Of a stretch of DNA of 64,000 bases, positions 1 through 9,027 are shown in pieces. The stretch covers positions 192,508 through 256,507 of the IMG/VR virus record IMGVR_UViG_3300023202_000383, one strand, 5' to 3'. The position numbers and the translations under genes were made by a program. The notes under the pieces are model-generated. The model ran no database searches. It was not told the DNA's origin and saw only the letters and a program-made list of their open reading frames with translations. How positions within the stretch are numbered: the stretch's first letter is position 1; each line of letters starts with the position of its first letter.

Positions 1-43
1 CCAAAAACTATAGGCGCAAATAGAAAGGTACATAATAAGAAAT

Positions 44-427
44 TCAACTACGATTACTATAACACAAAACAATATTTACAAAAGTTGACCAAGAGCGAGA
101 TAAGATGGATAAATAATAACGCAAATGCTCGTGTAATGACTTACTGCGGCTTCGCTCTATAGCTAAGCATGTTCTGCGTATGTTGAATTTCGCATTGGCC
201 CACGAAAGCATCATTTGAGCTAGAGCTTTCGATGTATAATAGTGACAAGCAGAGTCTCCATTTACTAAATATTCTTCGTCTTCTTCACTCCACTCTATCT
301 TCTCAACTATTTCTGGAGTCATTAATATATGGGAATCATGGAATCCGTTCCAGAAATATAGTTTCATTCCTAATTTAATGATTACACCGTCTGCTGTTTT
401 CGGTCTATCGTCGACTTCTGATTTCAT
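44..427 (-). CDS. hypothetical protein
   Basis: 127-aa ORF co-oriented with and overlapping the upstream gene; no recognisable motif. Confidence 0.5.
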   Translation of the reverse strand: MKSEVDDRPKTADGVIIKLGMKLYFWNGFHDSHILMTPEIVEKIEWSEEDEEYLVNGDSACHYYTSKALAQMMLSWANAKFNIRRTCLAIERSRSKSLHEHLRYYLSILSRSWSTFVNIVLCYSNRS

Positions 428-1130
428 CTATTTCCATAAGCCTTTTAAATGACACTTGATAAATCGATGATTCTTTGTCCGCGTGGTCTAATGTTGTTTT
501 GTACCAATGATCCGCCTGATAGTAATCGCCTAAATGTTTATATTTTACATGTGCAAGCCTATATGCAATAAATGCCATGTTCTCTTTGTCTCTATTAGCT
601 TCTGCGATAGCCCATGACTTAAACATATACTTTTCCCAGACATCCCAGTATTCACCAAGATCTGGATGCTTGGTAAGATACGGCAACATAGTGTCTGCTG
701 CTATGTACTGAGCAGAAATGCTGCGATTGTTATCGCTAGACAATTCATATAAGATGTTGATACCATCTTGCCATGCGCCCTCTCCGATTTCTAATTTGCC
801 CCTCTTCCAGTCGGCCCATTGAGAGAACATAAGGATTGCCGTCGATTCGTATGCATATATATCGGTCTTGTCGATCTCTATGATCCTAAGTCCTATTTTT
901 ATTGGGATCTTATAGCTTCCAGGCGGATCATCCCACCCATTGTGGTGTTGAAAGTACGACATAGCATTGTATAATTTATCCTTGTCGAATTCTTTGTCCA
1001 GATTATTATAGACAGCCATATGCTTATTGTGGTCCGGATGCAGATTACTTTTGCGTTCGTGTTGAACGGTTTGGGGCGATGCACATCCGCCGACATAAAT
1101 TGCGATTATTAATGGCAGAATATATTTCAT
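405..1130 (-). CDS. putative lipoprotein
   Basis: N-terminal MKYILPLIIAIYVGGC: basic residue, hydrophobic stretch, lipobox-like GGC. Confidence 0.55.
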   Translation of the reverse strand: MKYILPLIIAIYVGGCASPQTVQHERKSNLHPDHNKHMAVYNNLDKEFDKDKLYNAMSYFQHHNGWDDPPGSYKIPIKIGLRIIEIDKTDIYAYESTAILMFSQWADWKRGKLEIGEGAWQDGINILYELSSDNNRSISAQYIAADTMLPYLTKHPDLGEYWDVWEKYMFKSWAIAEANRDKENMAFIAYRLAHVKYKHLGDYYQADHWYKTTLDHADKESSIYQVSFKRLMEIDEIRSRR

Positions 1131-1139
1131 TGGTATCCT

Positions 1140-1697
1140 CTAATGTCTTTCTCTTGCTTGTTTTGTGACAATCTTTGCCCGCATCTCTGCTCTTGTCTTT
1201 TCATAATCTATGAATACATATCCATGCTTATTGTTTTTGTCTGGACTATGCACCTCATAATTTATTATTTCCCATCCTATAGGTTTGAATTCTGGAAAGT
1301 AAGAGTCACCTTCAAACTTATCTCTTACTATTGTCAAGTACATCTTGTCGGCTATCTGCAGCCCCCTTTTAAAAATTGATGATCCGCCAATTAGAAATGT
1401 ATCATTTCCATATAATTTACATATTTTCATCGCATTGCACATACCTCTAGATATTACCAATCTATTGTCTTTTATATATTCATGCACTCCAGAAAATACA
1501 CTGGTTTTAGTCAACACTATGTTTTTTCTATCTACTAACGGTTTCCCGATTGATTCATATGTTTTTCTGCCCATTATGACATTGTTTCCAATAGTCAGTG
1601 ATTTAAATCTTTTAAGGTCGGCAGGCAGGTACCACGGCAACTTATTACCGGCCCCAATAACCCGGTTCTCTGACATCGCGGCGATAACTGCTATCAT
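1140..1697 (-). CDS. folA: dihydrofolate reductase
   Basis: IAAMSENRVIG, LPWYLPADLKRFK, IMGRKTYESIGKPL, FLIGG, FEGDSYFP motifs. Confidence 0.97.
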   Translation of the reverse strand: MIAVIAAMSENRVIGAGNKLPWYLPADLKRFKSLTIGNNVIMGRKTYESIGKPLVDRKNIVLTKTSVFSGVHEYIKDNRLVISRGMCNAMKICKLYGNDTFLIGGSSIFKRGLQIADKMYLTIVRDKFEGDSYFPEFKPIGWEIINYEVHSPDKNNKHGYVFIDYEKTRAEMRAKIVTKQARERH

Positions 1698-1769
1698 TAT
1701 ATTGTGGTGTTGTTCCGTTATGCCTGTGAAAATTCGCCCAAAGTATCTTTAAATGTATTCAAACAGAAT

Positions 1770-2456
1770 ATGAATATTGCCATTGCTATGATAGCTTGCC
1801 AGAGGCAATGTATTGGTACTCGGACTGCTATTAAAAATCTAAGATTCGGCGGGTTTTACGGGCAGGTAGATGTATTTGCTGAACCTGGTTGTGAAATTAA
1901 AAATTCAGAATTGGTAACGGTTCATAGAAATAGTGAGAACTTGGGCGGCCAGGCCAACTGGAGGCAAGCTTTATGTTGGCTTTTAGAGAATACTAATAGC
2001 AACCACCTGATGGTAGTTGAGGATGATGTGGATTATTGCATTAGTGCCAAGAGAGCTCTCTTGAAAGCAATAAATAAGCCATATGGGTACATTAGCTTGC
2101 ACACCCCAGAGAAGGACCGAGAAGCGTTAAAAACCGAATCTGGATGGGTGGATTATAATACCGGCTATGTCTGGGGGACGCAGGCAATTTGCTTCAGCAG
2201 GCACACTCTAGAGAAGTTCATTAGACACGATAAGTTATGGGAAGGTCAGGAAGAACCATATGATTTTATAATGTGTCAATTTTATAAGAACGAAATAAGT
2301 GAGCCAACATACTACCATGTCCCGTCCTTGGCCGATCACGTCGGGTGGGAGGAAACAACACTGGCAAACAAAGATATTAATCTATCGCCGAAGCATTTCA
2401 ACAAGAAATGGAGACGCGGGTTGATGTTCAACAAAGAGTGGACCGATGGTTATTGA
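1770..2456 (+). CDS. glycosyltransferase, GT-A fold (GT25/GT2-like)
   Basis: MVVEDD DxD-type motif, VWGTQAICFSR, PSLADHVG; ATG at 1770 preferred over the track start at 1704. Confidence 0.7.
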   Translation: MNIAIAMIACQRQCIGTRTAIKNLRFGGFYGQVDVFAEPGCEIKNSELVTVHRNSENLGGQANWRQALCWLLENTNSNHLMVVEDDVDYCISAKRALLKAINKPYGYISLHTPEKDREALKTESGWVDYNTGYVWGTQAICFSRHTLEKFIRHDKLWEGQEEPYDFIMCQFYKNEISEPTYYHVPSLADHVGWEETTLANKDINLSPKHFNKKWRRGLMFNKEWTDGY

Positions 2457-3171
2457 TATTAGTTTGTTCGATGTCGTTTTTGAACCGCTGCACGATAAAA
2501 GAGTTGGGTATGTCATTGGAGACGGAAATGTTGGTGATGATCTAATTAATGCAGCCACATTCCAGTTGATGGATAAATATGATATTGATTATGATATATG
2601 GTTGCCAGGAGACAATGCTAAATATGATGTGCTTACATATAGCGGCGGCGGCAATATGGGGTCATACTACCCGAAAACTTTAGCAGTAAGGAGAGAAGCA
2701 TTAAAGACTGGAATTCCAGTTATTATATTGCCGCAGTCATTTATGTGGCCGGAAGATCTTGGGTATTATAAAGTATACGCTAGGGAGTTAGCTAGCTTGG
2801 AATTATGTGATGGGATTTTGGCTCCTGATTTGGCTCTTGGCTATGAAGCAGATTTTGATATTGGCGAGCCTATTTATGATGAAGGCTTGTTCCTGCGAGG
2901 TGACAGGGAGGGCTTATTTGGGGATATAGGGAGCATTGGTGATCCTATATATATGGTAAAAGACTACATTGAATATGTTGAATTGGCTAGTAGATATAAT
3001 CATGTAATAACAGACAGACTACATTTTGCAATATCGGGTCTTTTGTGCAATCGCAAAGTTACGATTCTTCCAAATTCGTATCACAAAAACATGAGCATGT
3101 ATGAGACTTGGTTAAAAGACTTGGGGTGTAACTATTCAGACTCCCCAATCCTTCCCAGCGTTGGCGACTAA
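2446..3171 (+). CDS. polysaccharide pyruvyl transferase family protein
   Basis: GNVGDDLI, GGGNMG, LPQS, VITDRLHFAI, PNSYHKN motifs. Confidence 0.85.
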   Translation: MVIDISLFDVVFEPLHDKRVGYVIGDGNVGDDLINAATFQLMDKYDIDYDIWLPGDNAKYDVLTYSGGGNMGSYYPKTLAVRREALKTGIPVIILPQSFMWPEDLGYYKVYARELASLELCDGILAPDLALGYEADFDIGEPIYDEGLFLRGDREGLFGDIGSIGDPIYMVKDYIEYVELASRYNHVITDRLHFAISGLLCNRKVTILPNSYHKNMSMYETWLKDLGCNYSDSPILPSVGD

Positions 3172-3828
3172 TTGGCCTGCTTCGATGTTATTCAGGCTTA
3201 TATTCATGTTTCTATCCATCATTGACCTGTCTTGATTCTCGATGTTGCCATATCTGTCTTCGTCTCCGTGATCTATCCATTTTAATATATCTGTCGGTTG
3301 CCAATAAAACTTTATTCCTATTGCTCTGGCACGCATGATTAAATCGTCATCTTCGTACCCATACCCCTCAAACTCTTCATTATATCCACCCATATGGTAA
3401 AACCACCACCTTTTTATTGCTATCCTTCCGAATGCTCCATTCCAATGTTTGGGTTCACTTTTTGAGGCCATAAAATTATAGCCGCCATTGAATACCTCTC
3501 TCAGTTTTTGCATGTATTCCTTGGTTACTATGTTATCCGCGTCGAGATTTACTAATATTGCCCCATTGCCCATCTTATGTGCTATGTTTTTAGCATGTGG
3601 CGGCCTAAAATACTTTGGTTTATCGGTTCTTTTGAATTTTAACTTGCCCGTGTTGATATGGCTTTGCATATCATTGTATATCCATTCTTCTAATCCATCG
3701 GTTGAGCCATAATCTAGAACGACGAATTCCACATCATCTTGGCTATTATTTATGCTTTCTTGGAGTGTTTGTTTTAGATGGTGCAATCGATTCATGCAAG
3801 AAGTGCAAAAACTAATATACATATCCAT
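3136..3828 (-). CDS. glycosyltransferase family 2 / GT7-like
   Basis: VLDYGSTDG, NLDADN, GGYNEEFEGYGYEDDDL motifs. Confidence 0.85.
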   Translation of the reverse strand: MDMYISFCTSCMNRLHHLKQTLQESINNSQDDVEFVVLDYGSTDGLEEWIYNDMQSHINTGKLKFKRTDKPKYFRPPHAKNIAHKMGNGAILVNLDADNIVTKEYMQKLREVFNGGYNFMASKSEPKHWNGAFGRIAIKRWWFYHMGGYNEEFEGYGYEDDDLIMRARAIGIKFYWQPTDILKWIDHGDEDRYGNIENQDRSMMDRNMNISLNNIEAGQLVANAGKDWGV

Positions 3829-3859
3829 ATCCTTGGAGGTTGGACCATTTAAATACTAA

Positions 3860-3943
3860 TGCACGGAGAGGGACTTGAACCCCCAAGCCCTTTCGGGATC
3901 CGAGTTACAGTCGGAGATGCTACCAATTACGCTCTATCCGTGC
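3860..3943 (-). tRNA. tRNA-Tyr(GTA)
   Basis: Cloverleaf GCACGGA/TCCGTGC; anticodon arm TCCGA-CTGTAAC-TCGGA; long variable arm as expected for bacterial Tyr; TTCAAGT T-loop. Confidence 0.93.
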
Positions 3944-3962
3944 AGGCGTGAAAAGATAAATT

Positions 3963-4592
3963 ATGGAATTAAGACATCCTTTAAAGAATGATATATGGGC
4001 TCTGGAACTATTCGACTTTATGGAGGGCGGCTTCTTTGTAGAAGCTGGTTGTACCAATGGAAAAAGCGGTTCTGCTACGTGGAATCTCGAAAAAGAATAT
4101 GGATGGAATGGCCTGTGTGTGGAGCCAAACCACGTGATGTATGGGAAAATGATCAATGCTGGATGGAGATCATGTCATACAGCCAATGTTTGTTTATATG
4201 ATAAGGAAGGTGAAATAACTTTTGCCGAATACCATGATGGCTCTGATGTATTCAGGAGCCATATTATAAATAACTGCAATGACAAAAATTTGCCAAAACC
4301 AGACAAGATATCAGTGAGACGATGCGTTTCGTTAACATCTCTATTGGATGAAATATCGGCACCAAAGATTATTCACTACTGCTGCTTAGATGTTGAAGGA
4401 GCCGAGTATAAGGTACTCAAAGGCATAGATTTCAATAAGTATAAGATATTGTCTATGTCTGTAGAAGTTAGTAAGAATTTCACTACTAAATGTGCTAAAT
4501 TAATGCTTAAAAATGGGTATATTAGATCAACTAATAAATATACTGACAAACCATTTGAACAGTATTGGATTCACAATAGCATAACGCCCTAG
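3963..4592 (+). CDS. FkbM family methyltransferase
   Basis: FFVEAGCTNG, GLCVEPN, CLDVEGAEYKVLKGIDF motifs. Confidence 0.88.
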   Translation: MELRHPLKNDIWALELFDFMEGGFFVEAGCTNGKSGSATWNLEKEYGWNGLCVEPNHVMYGKMINAGWRSCHTANVCLYDKEGEITFAEYHDGSDVFRSHIINNCNDKNLPKPDKISVRRCVSLTSLLDEISAPKIIHYCCLDVEGAEYKVLKGIDFNKYKILSMSVEVSKNFTTKCAKLMLKNGYIRSTNKYTDKPFEQYWIHNSITP

Positions 4593-4657
4593 ACGGGGAT
4601 CGAACCCGCAGCCTTTCGCGTGACAAGCGAATGATCTTCCACTTGATCTTCTAGGGC
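4585..4657 (-). tRNA. tRNA-Asp(GTC)
   Basis: GCCCTAG/CTAGGGC acceptor, TTCGC-TTGTCAC-GCGAA anticodon arm, TTCGATC T-loop. Confidence 0.93.
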
Positions 4658-5014
4658 TTGTTCTCTATCTCTAAAATCGCATCAATCATGTCATCAACCA
4701 TCTCGAATGGGTCGAATGATGGATCGTGTGCTTCGTCCAACCTGAATTGTATTTCGTATTCAGCCTTTACGTCTACTGGCGATTTCCGTATTGCCGATAA
4801 GTCATAAAATGGGAATTCTGGTAGATCTTTTTCATATCTCTCTTATCGAATTGATCTTAGAACACCCAGCAATCCAGTCATTGCCAGATATCAAAAAGCA
4901 TCCGTACAGACTAACTGACTCATGTACAACATTTAATTGCAGGTCTAAATATATCTTGTCACGCAACAGCTTGTGTATTGCGTCGACTAACGAGTTTTCT
5001 TTAGTATATGGCAT
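4651..5014 (-). pseudogene. frameshifted small gene of the DPxF(D/N)P family
   Basis: 5' frame MPYTKENS...SIREI* stops at 4832. The +1 frame continues ERYEKDLPEF...HDPSFDPFEMVDDMIDAILEIENKP* with no own start. Shift near AGAGAG at about 4840. Confidence 0.55.
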
Positions 5015-5547
5015 AATATTCTCGCTATATTCCAAGCGTCGCTGTCACCCCTATGGTGTGTTCCTTCCATTGGGATTTTGCAGATCTCGCATGCTTCTTT
5101 AAGGCCAACTTCTCTTCTCAGTCCCGCAGCTATCGCAAACAATGTTTTTGCATTCAAATGCCGAGACCCGAAAGGATACCATATCTTGTGGGCTCTACAT
5201 ACCTTGTTGAATTGATTGCGGTCGTAATCGCCCCAGCTCGCCCAGAGTCGAGCGGTTGTGTCGTACTCTTCTTTGAGTATGGCACATGCTTCGGCCAGTG
5301 ATATTCCGTGTTCATCTATTTGCTCTTGAGTGATGGTTGTCAATTGGGTACAGAAATCACTAATGTTAGATCTGGTTGGGGTGACCAATATGCTTCTTTT
5401 TTCTTCAGGTCGAAGCGTTTTGACATTTATCGGGCATATCCCGATCTCTATGATGTCGCTTTCTTCCCCTCTCGGAGGCGATGTGTCCCAGCAAGTGGAC
5501 TCGATGTCGACCACGATTATTTTATCTTGCTTCTTATGTCTACTCAT
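4987..5547 (-). CDS. 3'-5' exonuclease, DEDDh (ERI1/KapD-like)
   Basis: VVDIESTCW, IIEIG, SWGDYD, HHRGDSDAWNIA motifs. Confidence 0.88.
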   Translation of the reverse strand: MSRHKKQDKIIVVDIESTCWDTSPPRGEESDIIEIGICPINVKTLRPEEKRSILVTPTRSNISDFCTQLTTITQEQIDEHGISLAEACAILKEEYDTTARLWASWGDYDRNQFNKVCRAHKIWYPFGSRHLNAKTLFAIAAGLRREVGLKEACEICKIPMEGTHHRGDSDAWNIARILCHILKKTR

Positions 5548-5568
5548 AATATCTCCTTATTGATTGAA

Positions 5569-5639
5569 TCCGCCCGGATGGAGTTGAACCAACGTCGGAC
5601 CGTTATCAGCGGTCTGCTCTACCGTTGAGCTACGGGCGG
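5569..5639 (-). tRNA. tRNA-Ile(GAT)
   Basis: CCGCCCG/CGGGCGG acceptor, GACCG-CTGATAA-CGGTC anticodon arm. Confidence 0.92.
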
Positions 5640-5714
5640 TTAAACTTGATCTATTAACTTCTGAATTCTTTTATAGGAATTGTAACAACTCTGAAGCTAG
5701 ATAGAAATAATAAA

Positions 5715-5797
5715 CACGCCGGGTAGGATTCGAACCTACAGGCCCTTTGCGGGCACGGTTTTGGAGACCGCTTGGCTCACCAATGCACTGCCGACGT
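5715..5797 (-). tRNA. long-variable-arm tRNA with Trp (CCA) anticodon
   Basis: ACGTCGG/CCGGCGT+G73; GCGGT-CTCCAAA-ACCGT; V-arm GCCC-GCAAA-GGGC; T-arm GTAGG-TTCGAAT-CCTAC; weak D-stem and C8. Confidence 0.8.
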
Positions 5798-5811
5798 ATA
5801 AGAATGGGGAA

Positions 5812-5884
5812 TGGACCTGGAGGGATTCCAACCCTCGACCTCTTCCTTGCAAGGGAAGCGTTCTCGCTACTGAACTACAGGCCC
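5812..5884 (-). tRNA. tRNA-Ala(TGC)
   Basis: GGGCCTG/CAGGTCC with G3:U70; CTTCC-CTTGCAA-GGAAG; T-loop TTGGAAT. Confidence 0.9.
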
Positions 5885-5917
5885 AAAATCGCAAACCGCA
5901 ATTGAAATTAAATCCAA

Positions 5918-5989
5918 TGGAGCCATTGGGATTCGAACCCAAGATTCTACCATGCCATGGTAGCGTGATCCCTGTTTCACCATAGCCCC
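5918..5989 (-). tRNA. tRNA-Ala(GGC)
   Basis: GGGGCTA/TGGCTCC with G3:U70; CTACC-ATGGCAT-GGTAG (A32-U38, typical of bacterial Ala-GGC). Confidence 0.93.
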
Positions 5990-6041
5990 ATGTGATAGGG
6001 CTTTTTATTACGCGACGCCCCGAATTCCACAAATACCGCAT

Positions 6042-6731
6042 TCAGTTTTTGTTTGCGTTGGCTTGTTCGCTAACATCCTCCCATTTTTCCCATTCTGCTT
6101 CTAGTTTGTCTCTCGGCAAATCTGGTAGGTGGTGCATGTGTATTACTTTTGGTCTAGCAACTAATTTAAAGTTTGACGACCTAACATTCCATTCTGGCGA
6201 AAGTTTTTGTACGTTTATGTCTCTGTTGAATATTAGGTGGTTTAGAACAGATTGGTCCGATGTCCACCCTTCTTGTTCACCTATCTCATTATATCTATCT
6301 ATTGCTTCGTCTAAAACATTTATCACTCTGTCATTCATCCTATAAAATATTACACCAGTATTTAAGTGGCCTGGGTTATATCCCAAAAACAGTTTCTTGT
6401 CGTAATCAACACTCATATCTTTAGCTGCTGCGATATCAAAATTAAACCACATCACATCTTCTGGCCGACTTAGTATCTCGGTATCTGAATCGAAGAAAAC
6501 TGTTTGGTCATATGGTGATGCTCGTAATGCTCGGAGTTTTGTCAAACCCCAATTATCATCCTGCTCTATTGGTCTCTGAGTTATTTTCATAGATCCTGCC
6601 AGGGGCAGAATCGCGTCTGTGAATATGGTTATTGGTATATCACTCAGTTTCCTTAGGCTTGCTATGCTATGCAAAGCCCATCTATTGTACATTTCTCCAG
6701 TAGCAATATAAACAGCCCCATATGTCGCCAT
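6042..6731 (-). CDS. glycosyltransferase, GT8-like
   Basis: FFDSDTEI, NTGVIFY, SDQSVLN, WNVR, IHMH motifs. Confidence 0.8.
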   Translation of the reverse strand: MATYGAVYIATGEMYNRWALHSIASLRKLSDIPITIFTDAILPLAGSMKITQRPIEQDDNWGLTKLRALRASPYDQTVFFDSDTEILSRPEDVMWFNFDIAAAKDMSVDYDKKLFLGYNPGHLNTGVIFYRMNDRVINVLDEAIDRYNEIGEQEGWTSDQSVLNHLIFNRDINVQKLSPEWNVRSSNFKLVARPKVIHMHHLPDLPRDKLEAEWEKWEDVSEQANANKN

Positions 6732-6740
6732 TATTTAAGT

Positions 6741-6917
6741 TCATTCTCCTCTGATTGCTTTATTTATTGACTTAGCCATATCTTTTACTAACTTCTCTTG
6801 TAAGTCAGTACCATGCAGCTTTTTAAGATTTTGTGTGGTTTCAAATGTCCATACTCCCATCAACTTACGTTCTTTTACAAATCGTTTGTAAATTTGATGT
6901 AGTAGACTTCCCCACAT
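6741..6917 (-). CDS. 58-aa protein resembling an internal segment of T4-type major capsid protein gp23
   Basis: Hand-translated ORF absent from the track: ...ERKLMGVWTFETTQNLKKLHGTDLQEKLVKDMAKSINKAI. Confidence 0.6.
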   Translation of the reverse strand: MWGSLLHQIYKRFVKERKLMGVWTFETTQNLKKLHGTDLQEKLVKDMAKSINKAIRGE

Positions 6918-6922
6918 ATCAA

Positions 6923-7273
6923 TTAAATACCGTCGCGGCTGCGGCGGGTATCCGACTCCGCGAGTGAATCGGCGATTTCGGTATTCTTGTGTGGGTATTC
7001 GCTGTCGAACTCAACAAGTAGTGCCAGTTGACTCCGCTCGTAACGCAAATGAGTATTGTCTAGATGCTCGAGCAAATTCAGCCAGAGTTCGTATCCCGCG
7101 CCAGTGACGTTGCAGTCTTTCGCTTCGACAACGAGCTTTTTCAGCGGGGATCGGCGCTCATCCAGTTCAATTGCGTATTCGTTTAGAATCTCTTGCACCT
7201 GCGAGGTGTCATCGAGCGTCCCCGAGAGCGTGATCCTCCGAGGTCCTCGAATGAGTTTGAATTTTTCAGCCAT
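6923..7273 (-). CDS. hypothetical protein, possibly STAS-like
   Basis: GC-rich ORF from ATG 7273; ITLSGTLDD...LVVEAKDC pattern loosely STAS-like. Confidence 0.5.
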   Translation of the reverse strand: MAEKFKLIRGPRRITLSGTLDDTSQVQEILNEYAIELDERRSPLKKLVVEAKDCNVTGAGYELWLNLLEHLDNTHLRYERSQLALLVEFDSEYPHKNTEIADSLAESDTRRSRDGI

Positions 7274-7347
7274 CTGTCTTCTCCTTCTCATTCTACGATT
7301 TTGGTTGAGACTCTTGGGATGCCGCAACCATTGTGATTGTAGCAGTT

Positions 7348-7785
7348 TCAGGTACTCTTAGGCCGAATGGATCGAAGATTCTTGTATTTCTCAAAATGAG
7401 GGCTGTCTTCTGGAATGAACAAATGATCGTGTGGCTGCATGTAGCGGATCGCGAAAGCAAGCACCGGACACGTGAGCACCGACTTCCACCGGGGATTGTA
7501 AACGGCGGGGGATCCACATCCATGGTAGAACTGGCCAAGCATGAGGCCCACATCTATAAAGATCGGCTTGATCTGGTCATATAATCTGTCAATCGGCTCG
7601 CATGGTTTGCCTTTGGCTAGCGGGTAGCTGTCGAAAAACGTGAGAAAGGTCTTCAGGTTTGTCGGGTCGGCCGGCATGCCATCTCGGTCGACGTCATGTA
7701 CGGGTTCTGTACGAAGAAAAAGCTCGATTTGTTCACACAGCTCTGTCTCAATATTGGCGCAGAAATTGTTGGGGCACGTTTCTTG
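7348..7785 (-). pseudogene. 5'-truncated GC-rich gene (DUF6875-like C-terminal half)
   Basis: Frame is open 7785-7348 but has no start at its 5' end; GLMLGQFY...NP...PVLAFAIRYMQPHD recalls DUF6875. Confidence 0.45.
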
Positions 7786-8050
7786 TTATATCTTCAGCTG
7801 CTTCTTGTTGATAAAAATAACTTGATACTACTAAATCCCACGGGTTTCTTACGAATGCGAATTTGAAATATTCTTCCCAACACCCAATATGTTCTTTTAA
7901 TTTAGACGCTGGTACATGGTGAGCATATGGCGAGTTAGGATCATTTTTTGATCGTATATCTGAATAATCATTCAGCGCATATCTAATGCTGCTACTGCCG
8001 GTCTTAGGTATAGCAATGAATATGAATTTGTACTTGTGTGACAGCCTCAC
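7748..8050 (-). pseudogene. sulfotransferase family 2, N-terminal fragment
   Basis: FIFIAIPKTGSSSI (5'-PSB loop) and FKFAFVRNPWDLVVSSYFY (3'-PB), then premature end at 100 aa. Confidence 0.7.
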
Positions 8051-8253
8051 TTGGCCAATTCTTCTAGCGGGGCACCATTTTCGTCTGCTATGATAATTCT
8101 ATGACCTTGTTCTTGGTGCTTCCTGATATAGTCGAAGGCCACCACCGATCTTCGTACAACTTCTCCCGGTGCGATATTTTGGTCTAATGCACGCTGTTCG
8201 ACAATTTCTTCAGCTTCACCTGTTAGGTTAACATTCATCTTCTTATCCTCCAC
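8047..8253 (-). CDS. ribbon-helix-helix-like DNA-binding protein
   Basis: MNVNLTGEAEEIVEQRA...GEVVRRSV beta-alpha-alpha pattern. Confidence 0.5.
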   Translation of the reverse strand: MEDKKMNVNLTGEAEEIVEQRALDQNIAPGEVVRRSVVAFDYIRKHQEQGHRIIIADENGAPLEELAK

Positions 8254-8270
8254 AATATATTTGTGGAGGA

Positions 8271-8663
8271 CTATTTGGAACTACATCTCTTTGCTATTGC
8301 TTCATAATAGATTTTGGCTTTTTCATACATATCTCTTTCCAGCCAGTGCAGTCTGCAAAATACACCGAGCAGAAAGATTCTCTTAAAGTTGTTCTCCATC
8401 TCCCCGTCGTAACCATATGCGAATTTTTTCTTTTCTATATCGAACACGACTGACGAAACTGGGTCCAGCTCGGCCTCTACTCGTCCATCGGGAAGTGCTG
8501 TGAGCGTACTGTATGATACACCGCACGCCGGATCATCGACAGAAATATAAAGCTTTTTGGCTTCCGGGTTTTCTATATCATATTTTATTTTATCATCATC
8601 AATCCAAATCAAGTTCATACCAAATGGGCCAGCGTCAGTGGATATTGTTATGCTAGTGTTCAT
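8271..8663 (-). CDS. hypothetical protein, tandem paralog family (W-x-D-D...D-x-x-(D/N)-P)
   Basis: LIWIDDDKIKYDIENPEAKKLYISV motif shared with neighbours. Confidence 0.65.
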   Translation of the reverse strand: MNTSITISTDAGPFGMNLIWIDDDKIKYDIENPEAKKLYISVDDPACGVSYSTLTALPDGRVEAELDPVSSVVFDIEKKKFAYGYDGEMENNFKRIFLLGVFCRLHWLERDMYEKAKIYYEAIAKRCSSK

Positions 8664-9027
8664 TATTGCTCGCTATTAATTCCAGATATTCTTTGGCACT
8701 TTTATTAAATAATTTTATGTTGTGCTTATCAAATATTATCGGAAAGTTTGTGAGGCTAGTATACACTCTGCTGTTTCTGGTCTGCGCCCATACTCTGTTT
8801 TCAATATCTATTAAATATCCACATTCTACTAAGTAATCGAATGATTTACCAAACGATACATAAATATGGCGTGCCTTCGGATTATCAACATCGAACCTTA
8901 CATTTATATTATCTAGCCATGCCAATTTTATGTCATATAAATCGCCACCAACATAGCATTTATATACGCCATTTATGGCAGTAGGTGCGCCGTCAACGTC
9001 AATCAGAAAAATATTACTCATTGCCAT
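8653..9027 (-). CDS. hypothetical protein, tandem paralog family
   Basis: LAWLDNINVRFDVDNPKARHIYVSF. Confidence 0.65.
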   Translation of the reverse strand: MAMSNIFLIDVDGAPTAINGVYKCYVGGDLYDIKLAWLDNINVRFDVDNPKARHIYVSFGKSFDYLVECGYLIDIENRVWAQTRNSRVYTSLTNFPIIFDKHNIKLFNKSAKEYLELIASNNEH

